Source: Gnetum montanum (Eukaryota > Plantae > Gnetophyta). Taken from it: DNA of 64,000 nucleotides. A model generated the notes under the pieces. That model saw only the letters and a list, made by a program, of their open reading frames with translations. It was not told where the DNA came from and searched no databases. The translations under genes and the position numbers were made by a program. The stretch is taken from NCBI GenBank assembly GCA_015680685.1, contig MNCI01000405.1, positions 9,624 to 73,623 of the forward strand, written 5' to 3'. Each line of letters opens with the position of its first letter. Position 1 is the first letter of the stretch. Below, piece by piece: positions 53,801 through 64,000 of this stretch.

Positions 53801-56800
53801 TCCTCTTCCTTGGTCATCGTAGGAACCTTATCTTTAATAATTTCTGCTTGCACGGTGGCAAGAGCATGTCTCAATGTGTTATTGGTGTAGCAAGCTATCC
53901 CTATCCTTTTGTATAGTTTTTGAATAAGGCATGGAAAGGGGAGTGCCTTCCTCCCATGTTCATTTTCTTTAAACATCTTCTCTATCTCCAAATAGATCAG
54001 CTGTGGGAGGTTAATGGAAAATTTTCTGCTTAGAGTGACCCATGTACAAGTGGAGAAGGTAGTCACCTTACTAGGCCTTATCATTGAATTAAGGTGGTAG
54101 GCCATTATCTTGAAGCATGCACGTTCCACCATGGTGAGTGCATCATATTCTTTACGATTCACTTCATAGCATCATTGGACCCACTCCTTTTTGACCTTTG
54201 GGTCCACTTGTGTAGAGATATCTGCTAGCTTTGTCCCAATTTTAGGTAGGCCAAGGGCCTCTGAAATGGCCTCCACTAAGTATGACACACCTATGTTCTT
54301 GATTTTCATGGTGACATTAGGCTACCTATTGTTCTAGAAGAGATAGGTCTCTCCCATGTACCACTCTCCACTAGAAGTGATGATTGGCCAAATGGGCGAG
54401 CTTTGTAGTTATGTTCTAAGATTCCCTGGGGTAAAGTCTAGGAAGGTACCCAAGTTTAATTATTAGAGAATTGAATGTTGGATATTTCTCAATTGAATCT
54501 ACCTAAGGCAGGAATTAGTCAACATGACCTCAAGGCTTGGCCTTCGTCCTAGTGCCTTATCCTACTAGAATTGCTCTATATTAGCTTGGGGAATCTATCG
54601 AATAGATTTCACTTTGGGCTCCTTTTGAAGAGGTCCCATTGCATGAGTTTCTATTGCATGCTCCTAGGGTTGTTCTTATTGGCCCCTTTTAGTTCTAGGC
54701 CACTTGTCCCATGGTTGGAATAGTCCTCCTTCCCATGCTTTCTTAGGTCTTGGTGTCATCTATAATCATAACATGATCAAGGATTAGCATTTGATGTGTA
54801 ACTTTGGAACACTTTAGTGCCTTATCTCCTTGGGTTAGTTACACTTGGATAAGTTGTGATCATGGTAGATTTGATTATTTTAATATTATTTCATTTTAAT
54901 ATTTACTACATTTTGTTAGAAAGGTTGAACTCTCATAAATTAGTTATTTTAATATTAGTTTATTTGTTAAACCTTGTGGGATTTAGAAAAAAATTCAAAA
55001 AAAAATTTCATTAAAAACCTAAGGTTTGTGGCCCCCACGATGTAAAAGCTCGCCTCTAGTAGCTAAAGGAATGAAAAATGAGGTTAATCAGACAAGTGGT
55101 ATGAAAGATATAGACTTTGGAGGGTTTGTGGCTTTGAAAAATTGCAAAAGCTCCTCTTACATTTGATGCAAATGGCAAAAAATTTCAAAGTGTCACACTA
55201 TGTTTATAGTATTTTTGCCATGCATTGATAGGATCATGTTGATGTGGTTATCTCCCATCAATAAGGTGAAAATAGAAAATTTTCTATGTTTTGAAAAATA
55301 AGGAAAATCAAGGAGTTTTTATATGAAATTGGAGTCCAAAGGAAGCCCAAGAAGCCTAGAACATAATGAAATGCATGAAGAGGACTAGATAATTCACAAA
55401 GAAGGAGATTTTTTTAGGAGAATGATGGAGAAATGCTAGGAAGGATCACATTATTGGACATGACTAATGTGGAATGCAAAGGTTTTGAATAAGGAAATTC
55501 CTAAGGATGAGGAACTTAACTAGCCCAACCAAGGGGTATGCAAGTGGGTCCTCCCCATAGTAGGCTTATGCCCTTAATGACCTTTTATATCCTCAAACCA
55601 AGAAGTCCATGGGCCCCATGGGTGATTAAAAGTTATGGTTAGTTAAGGACCAAATCCTAAAAGAAACTACCTAAGAATTTTGACACATCAAACCAAGACA
55701 TTGAACTAAACATGAAAAGAGGTAGTGAGGTTAGACATGGAAAGCATATGTGGATGAAGTAGAGAGTGGAATGGAGTCTTGTATCATGGCCACATGAAGT
55801 CCCTTATGGATTTGGTAATTAAGATGACTTGATTATCCATCCTTAGTACGAATTAAAACCAACCACCTCCAGTTACTTCGCATTAAAATTTTAAGATTGG
55901 CCCACCTCCTCAAGGTACAAGAATATCCCCATAGATCAATCACCATTCCTAAAAGAGAAGAAAAGAGAAGCAGGCAGTGAGATGGACCTTAGTTATAGGG
56001 GCCTTCAGGCATGGATACCATGTCTCTCTAGTATCATAACTAGTGCTTATAGCTTGTTATTTAGTCTAAGGGGTGTACTTTGAATTTCCATTATTTTATT
56101 TATTTGTTTAGTTTTGTTTTTATTTTTTTTGGGATTTTTAAATTTTTTGGATGGGAACCACATGATGCAAAGACTTAGCTTCTTGTTATTATTTGATAGT
56201 GGAATGGCGAGAAATCCATGAGAACACTTAGGCACCTAAGAGAGTAGGAAAGTACTAAGAATGTCAAACCCCTTGAAGTCACACCCTTGTCTATCCATTT
56301 AATTCATCCTAATTTTCAAAACTACCAAGGTCATAACTTCTTTAAAAGTTTAATTTAAGAAGGAACCACCTATTTCCAAACCAAGGGAACATCATAGAGT
56401 TTCATGGATGGGTGGATGACATGGACTCACTACATATTATCATGAAAAAGAAATCATGTCTTAGTTATTAATGCCAAAATTCAAAGATAGAATCTAGAAA
56501 TTAGTAATCAAATAACCTTATAGTTCAAACCACCATCAATTAGCAGCTACAACTACACTTAGTCCTAGCAGCAATAAAGGAAAAAAAAACAAAAAAAACA
56601 TTAAAAGAAATCAAAATAAAATAAAATAAAATATGGAAGAAATTGTAAAATATTCAAGAAAGAGAAAAATGTACTAAATATAATGTAAAACAAAAAGTGA
56701 AAAATTGAGGAGCCACTTTAATTGATCAACATGGATGGCCATATCCCCTACAACTGAGTTGGAAGGAGGAGATCCAAAAACTTGAGTGTGCATGTCCATC

Positions 56801-59800
56801 CATTTAGGTGTTTTGGGTACTGGTTCTTTAGGGTTCATGGAAGGGCTTTATCTATTGAATGTTGACTAGCAACTTTTTATTGGGGCTTTTAGGTTTTTAT
56901 ATTAGCATGACCCAAGAAGGAAAGGTTTTGTAGATACTATAAGGTCCCTCGCATAATGTTTGGAACTTGGTTCTTTGTGGTACATGTGTAGGGTTCTAGT
57001 AGAGCACCCTATCTCCTAGTTGAAATTTTACTTTCCTTATTCTAAGGTCATGGCATTGTTTATTGAATGCCTTGTGCAACTCATTAGATGAAAGGGCTAC
57101 CAATCGGTTCTTGTCTAGTAGGTTGAGGTTCATAAATATTTCATTTTGTGCTAGACTAAGGTCAAGGTTAAGATTATAAGCTGTTGAACATGTACAAAGT
57201 TTTTGTTTAGCTTGGAAGTGTTGGTAACTTTCCATACATAAGCTCATAGGTAGAGTAGCCAATAGGAAGTTTCTATGTGGAGTCGTAGGTCCAAAGGGCA
57301 TCGTTGAGTCTTGTGCTTCAATCCCTCCTATATTTACTAATGGTTCTCATTAGTATCTTTGTGATTTTCCTATTTGTAACCTCTGCTTGATCTTTGGCTT
57401 AGGGGTGGTAGGGTGTTGTTAATTTATGTTCAACTCCCAAGTGTTGCATGAGGTTTTGAAAGGTAGTTCTTGTAAAGTGAGTACCATTATTAGAAATAAG
57501 TGCACATGGCATCCTAAACTTATTTACAACATATTTTTGTACAAACCAAGTAGCCATAGAAGATGTGCAATCAATGATGGTAGTAGCTTTTACCCATTTT
57601 GTATAGTAACCAATAGTAACTATAATGTATGCCTTTCCATTTGACATGGGATTGATGGAACTCATGAAGTTAATGCCCCAAATATCGAAGGGCTATAGTA
57701 GTTGGATCCACTCTTGATGTTCCTCCATATGAGAGGTCATTTCACCATTACATTGGCCATGTTCACAAAAATAGACAAAGTGGTGAGCATCCCTAGAAAG
57801 TGTTGGCCAATAATACTCTGCCATGAGGATCTTAATGGTTGTGCATCTCCTAGCATAGTGGCCCCCATAAGGGTCCTCATAAGAGTCTTAGAGAATGTAT
57901 AGTTGATCAATGTCAAGTATGCAACCCTAAACTAGGCCATCATTGCATACCTTGTAAACGTATTTGTTGATTTCCATAGAGTGTTTTGCCTAGTGAAGAA
58001 ACTATTGTTTCTTGTTGTGATCCCACTCATGTGGCATCTCTTGAGTGACAAGATAGGTGAGAATGCCACTGCACTAGTTACATTTAGTTGGCATTTGTTC
58101 ATTTATAACCCTAGTAAAGAGGATTTTATCAGGAAGTTGATCTAAAACTAGGCTCTCCTCCTCTTTATTGCTCCATCTCAACTGAGACAAGTGATCTACA
58201 ACCATGTTCTTGGTTTCCTTTTGATCTACCATTGGAAGATCAAATTCTTGCAATATCATCAGCCACCATATGGCACATGGGCTCATCATTGGTTTATTCA
58301 TTAGGAACTAGATCGTACTATGGTCTATGTGCATAAACACCTTATACCTAAGCACATAGTGCCTGAATTTATCCAAGGCAAACACCATTGCCATTAATTC
58401 TTTTTCTATTATGGTATAATTTAGTTGTGCATCCACAATGCTTCTACTCACACAATGGATGTAGTAAAGATGTTTCTGATTGTTCAACTCTGTACGCACA
58501 ACTCCCAAGGCATAATTGCAAGCATCTATCATGATGTGAAAGGGTCTGGATCAATTAGGTGCTCATAGAATTGGAGTTTCCACAAGCTTCTCTTTAAGCT
58601 GCTGGAATGCACATTCACATTCTTTGGTCTAGATAGATGGAGCATCCTTCTTTGTTAGCTCCACTAATAGTTTAGTGATCTTAGAAAAATTCTCAATGAA
58701 TTACCAGTAGTAGCTAGTGTGTCCAAGTAATGACCTCACATCTTTAACTATTTCTGGTTGTCTGGTAATTCCTTAGATGATCCTTATTTTTTAAGAGTCC
58801 ACATCATTCTCTTTTTCTAAAATTTTATGTCCCAAAAGAATGCCTTCTTGGATCATCAAATGGCTTTTCTGCTAGTTAAGCCTAAGGTTGGTCTCCATAT
58901 GCCTTTTCAACACTTTCCCAAAATGGTCCATGTCTAACTTAAATGTAGCCCCATAGGTGGAGAATTCATCCATGAATACTTTCACCCTACTATTGATTTG
59001 CTATTGAAAAATGATTAGAACAAGGCATTGGAATGTGGCAGGGGCATTGCATAAGCTAAATGACATCTTTCTGTATGCGAAAGTCTCCTAGGAACTCGTG
59101 AATGCTATTTTGTCCTAATATTATGGTGCAATCTAAATTTAGTTATAGTCACTATAACCATCTAGAAAGCTGTAGCAACAATGCCTAGAAATGTTGTCCA
59201 ATACCTAGTCCATAAATGGTAATGAAAAATAATCCTTGTAGGTTACCATATTCAACAACCTAAAGTCAATGCAGATCCATCATTTACCATCTTTCTTTGG
59301 CACTATCAAAAGTAGGCTAATCTACTCATTGTTTGTAATGGGATAAATGAACTATGCCTTGAGGAGTTCAATCTCCTCTTTCATGATATGCTTTAACTTG
59401 TGGTTCAACCACTACTGCGGCTACCTCTTTGGCTTCATGAAAGGATCCATGTAGATGCAATGCTGGCATATTTGTGGATCAATTCCTATAAGTTCAAGAT
59501 ATAGCCAAGCAAAGGTTGTTGTCCATTTTTTGATCACCTCAAAACAACTTTCTTTTCTATATAGGAGTAAGGTTGACATTGATGACAATTATCTTGCCAT
59601 TTTTTAGAAAAACTTATTCCATTTTGGCATGTAGAGTTTTCAACTCAAAGGGTCCATGTTTAAAGCTTCCATGGATCTCCAACTCTTCCCAATCACTGTC
59701 ATTAGGTTCATTAGAGAGTTGGCGATGGATGCTCCATCTCATTCATGCCTTCAATGTAGGCACTCATGATGCTCTCAGTTTGTTTCATGTAGAGATTTGA

Positions 59801-60708
59801 GTTACTATCAAGATCAGCTATCAGCCATTGGATGCCCTTCTATTTTGTGGCTATAGTGTACATGCACCTTTGAATATTTGTCACGTTGGCACATTGTCTT
59901 CATGCTATGATTTATGTACTTTCATGATTCATAATTTTTGCATGTAGTTACACCCTATGTCATTGTACATAATGCATGGAATGCATTTCCTCTTGATCTT
60001 TTTGAAATCATTTTCCTTGGAAATTTCCAAGGAGAGGTCTCTAATTCCTAACCATGCATCTATTGTGCTTAGCCAAGCCCTTTCCATAATGATTGAGAAG
60101 TTCCCTTTGCAACTGTCCACACGAATCACCAGGAAGTTAGTAGGATAGGATCACCCATGCATGGTGGTTACAATATCCTCCACTAGTCTTAAGGGAACAA
60201 TGATGTATTGGTCTAGCAATTTAAGATGAATGTTGCTCTTCTTAAGAGGAGGCAGGTTCTAGGCTTTGTGCATTTCATGGGATATTAAATTCACACTAGA
60301 ACTTGAGTTCAGAATAGCCTTGCAAGGCTCATTTCCAATGATTTACAAGTAAATTATGGGACTCCTAGGATTAGATCTTTTCCTGGGAAGGTGGCCAACC
60401 TTGAAACAATCTATGATTGCATGGGTCAACATTTAGTATGCACTTTGAAAGACATTTGGTTTGAAGGGTGCTTGAATGATGTAGTAGAGGATGAGGGAGA
60501 AGCAAGGTCGTTAGTCACAGGTGTCTATGAGGGCTTGGAAGGATTGTTGATTTGGAAGAAAGTTATTTTTTAGGGTTTATATTTCAAACCATCCATCTAG
60601 GTACCCGACTATGAGTTAATAGCCCTTGTAGCATTTCTTTGTTGTGGTTGGGTAGAAATTTTTCCTTGCATGGATGGAGCTAATGGAAATTGATTTAAGG
60701 TTGGATAC
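50865..60708 (-). mobile_element. Athila-type element B (3' LTR 50865-51675, extra ORF, pol), interrupted by element C
   Basis: TGATGAG...TTCATCA LTR plus PPT; integrase (ORFs 56996-57665), RNase H (58074-58532: IDACNYALG...EKELMAMVFALDKFRHY), RT and protease remnants; colinear with element A. Confidence 0.88.
51820..54759 (-). pseudogene. Athila extra ('env-like') ORF of element B, disrupted
   Basis: AG|ATG MTPRPKK; ORF 53797-54162 contains INLPQLIY...LPFPCLIQKL as seen in Athila extra-ORF proteins; coiled-coil-like ORF 53041-53283. Confidence 0.7.
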
Positions 60709-63700
60709 TGATGAGTGGTGAGATACCCCTACACTCAACCATACGAATACAAGCGTAACACGTGCGATCGGGTTGAACTCCGCAGACAGACTAGTTGTGG
60801 CACCTAGATAGTTAGCCTTAGGTCGTAATTCATTATCTTCCCACCTGGACTAGTATTATAGTTGTCACGTATGGTTTAGTCCAGAGTGAGGTGCCCCATG
60901 TGTTCCTAATCTAACACTACTCTTGAGGCAATGGAAGATAATATTAACTAAGCTAAGCTAGGAGGGAAAAGGTAAAAGAATCTAATCTAGCCTAAGTGTG
61001 ATGAGCATCCATTCCTTGATTATCCATACACATCTTGGACTTCGTGCATGACTACCACCACGATTACCAAGCGTAGATCCTGGGTACGCCATTGGGTTAC
61101 CAAGTAATCACACTTAAATGCTCTTAATCAAGTTGTACTCATTCCGTATTCTAGGAGATAAGGGTGAGAGAGACTAATTAGGAAAGCAATAAATAACAAT
61201 TAAATAAATAAATAAACAAAGTGAATGCTACAATGATGAAGTAATCTCAATCTTTATTGCTGGTCATGTGTGTGTCCAAGTAAGTTACACTCCAATAAAG
61301 GATGTCGTACAATTACATTCACCACATTGCGGGAAGACACGAGAAAATAATCTATCTCTGGAGGGATCAAACTGCCAGAGCTTCACTACAATCTATTCTA
61401 TGTTCTGAAATGAGGGAGAGTCACCTCTTATTTATAAAATTGGTGGTGTGAAGGACCCGATATTACATACAATACATTGCGTATGCGATATCACAGCCCA
61501 TGCGATATCACGGCTGTGATATCACAACCACCAGGATATCATGGCTGTGATATCACGGTAGTGATATCACAGCCAGCAAATTCATGACTCATCATACCCC
61601 CACGACTGAATGAAAACTCGTCCTCAAGTTATAGAGAGAACAAGATCCATTGATTACACAGTGGATAGGTATGGGATTATTGACTGACTAGAATGGAATC
61701 ATGCCGCAATGTGTATTCAGAAAAAAATTGAGACACAACACAAAAGAAAATCCTATGATTACAAAATTGGTGAAACTCATGTAGTTCCTGGTGGTGGTGA
61801 CTCCTCCATAGGTTTCTTTCCCTTTTCTTGTGCTCCAGGTCTTAGGATTTGATGGCATTGAAGTATGGCCTAGAGTTTCTCCTCTTGTAAGGCCTTGAGT
61901 GCCTTGGCATGCCTGTAAGTTTGCACTTGTGCCATAGAGTCATCCTAGTCAACCTTCTCTTTTTCTTTCACCACCCTTTTATTCTCTGTCAATAGTTTAT
62001 TAAGTTGCTCAGTTCTGAAAGTGTCTAGCTAGTTTTGAGCAACCTTTAGCCCTGTATTCGGAAGGTTTAATACTTCCAAAATGGCTTGAACAGAGGAATC
62101 AATAGTCACATCACAAATGTTAATTGTGGTGCCTTCTTCTTTGTTGTGCCAAATTGGTACATTTTCCCTAAGCACCAGACATTGCTTATAGAGAGGGTAG
62201 GCCTTGATTGTACAATAGTAGGGTCTTCTTGGTGGATACTAAATGATTGTTCCTCCTGCTCTGCATGTGGTTCAGTAGGAACTTGTCCTTCACCTCTCCT
62301 AGGTCATTTGATCACACCTTGAGCAGGACCTTCCTTTTGTCTACGTTTCGGGGCCATCTGCAATCACACAGAACCAATTGTTAGTAAGGTTGTTACCAAA
62401 GTTAGGTTATAACTTACTGCTTGCCTTAATAGATTTACTTTATTTTCATGTGATATTAATTATTAGAAGAACATGTCCCCAAAAGATTAATGTTGAGTCT
62501 TCTTTGCTTAGGTGGTTTCTAAATTTAATTTTCTGGTATAGCTAAGGGGATGAAATTGTTTTTGACACATTTTATTCTTAATTTTACAACTAATTACCCT
62601 TAAAGATGTTCTTCGGGTGATGATGAATTTCAAAAAATTTATGTGCTATTCAGCATGTGCCCCTCCCCCACGACTAAGCTGAACACTCTGGGTCAAGTAG
62701 GTTCAAAGAAAATGAAAATCGAAGTACCAGCGAGCGAGATATAGGTATAAAAGCAAGGGTCTCACAATCGCAAGTTGTAGAGAAAAAATTCGAAAAACTC
62801 CCCCGCGTGAATAGTGGAAAATGATGGTAAGTGTTGTGGGGAGGTCACGCATATATATTTTCATCAAAGTTAGGGCACTTAGAGAATGTGCCAAATTTTT
62901 AATATTTCTTTTGAAATTAAACGATGTAAACTAAGGACATCTGGATGATTGTTATAGGTTCCAGGGTAATTCAACTGGTTCTAAAGGCATGAAAATTATG
63001 ATGGTGTGGAATTTATCAATAAGGACCTCGGATGGTAGAGAAAAAGGCTATGTGATGATTCATAGGAACATTGGATTAGAGGGATAGTAATAAGGAAAAG
63101 AATATTATGAAAAGTAAGCTGAGGGTGAGAAATGGTGTGTGTGAACTATATCATAAGTGAAGATTACAAAAAATTACACAAGCCGGTCCTCCCCAAAGAA
63201 GGTTCCACCCTATAATGCCCTTGTGTAACCACACTTAAAGTGTCCGTGGGCACTAGAAGGGTTAAATGTAATCCACACTGATTCCAAAAAACACACACAT
63301 TTAATTATCACCAGAATGAGATGAAAATTCTATGCTACACGGGACACGAGCTACAATTATACGAACAGTGAGATGAGATGAACTATAGAAAGGGATTGTA
63401 GAGATCGAGACATAAGGTAACTGACCTAGGGCACAGTGAATCCTGCATATAAAGCATGATTAAGGTGTCATTACCCCATCATTCCAAGATCAGGACCAAG
63501 TCCACTCCTCTAATCAGTGACATCGCATTATTTCATCCCATGATGAGGAACTATGAGAGTACCATCACAACAAGGCATATGATCACTTGGCATTTTATGC
63601 AAGGGAGGAGTGATTTTTTGTTTTGTGGCACTTTTTTTTTGAAGACTGAATCCAGAGAAATCGCCAACCTTCAGGCATGGGTGCATGTCTTTCCAGTGGA

Positions 63701-64000
63701 ACCTCCTAGAATAGAATTAATTTTGAAGTGCCCTTTTGATTACTCTTACTCCCATTTTTTGTTAGATCTACAAGGATCTTAGTACAACCACGTTACATGA
63801 TAACTCCCACAGAGGTCACCAAAGAGAATCCACAAATCCCCTTGATGTCACACCCTAATCATTCCCTCTTGGTCCATCCTTCCTCATTCTAGGTACAATG
63901 AATACAAAATTAATTTTAAGTTTTTAAGAATTTCAAGAATGTCACTGTACCCACGAACATAACCTCTTATTTGTAGAATGGATGAATGGGTGTAATGGGC
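60709..64000 (-). mobile_element. Athila-family element C nested in element B (3' LTR 60709-61594, short extra ORF ~61777-62357), runs off window
   Basis: TGATGAG...CTCATCA LTR followed by PPT TACCCCCACGACT; insertion breaks element B upstream of protease; same subfamily as 635-1867. Confidence 0.85.

Overview
Plant nuclear DNA, AT-rich and TE-dense with CG/CHG-eroded repeats; the NLR motif style suggests a non-angiosperm vascular plant such as a gymnosperm (inference only). The only apparently intact host gene is a 7-exon TIR-NB-ARC-LRR immune receptor on the + strand (28902-44357, 1804 aa by my splice model; all junctions GT-AG and in frame). It is unusual in three ways: a ~300-aa tandem array of 10/11-aa S/P/L/G/Q/H/Y repeats in front of the TIR, a ~90-aa island splitting the LRR, and a ~395-aa post-LRR tail whose end faintly resembles a decayed receptor-like cytoplasmic kinase. 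Its 8.5-kb fourth intron holds a sense-oriented deleted Ty1/copia element and an Athila solo LTR. Its promoter is one arm of a ~600-bp diverged inverted repeat; the other arm lies 25 kb upstream beside a malectin-like LRR-RLK pseudogene fragment (possible old Pack-MULE). The rest is mostly nested, degenerate Athila-type Ty3/gypsy elements (one full-length with TSD), each with an extra ORF starting at an AG|ATG junction, plus LINE, SINE and Tekay-like remnants.
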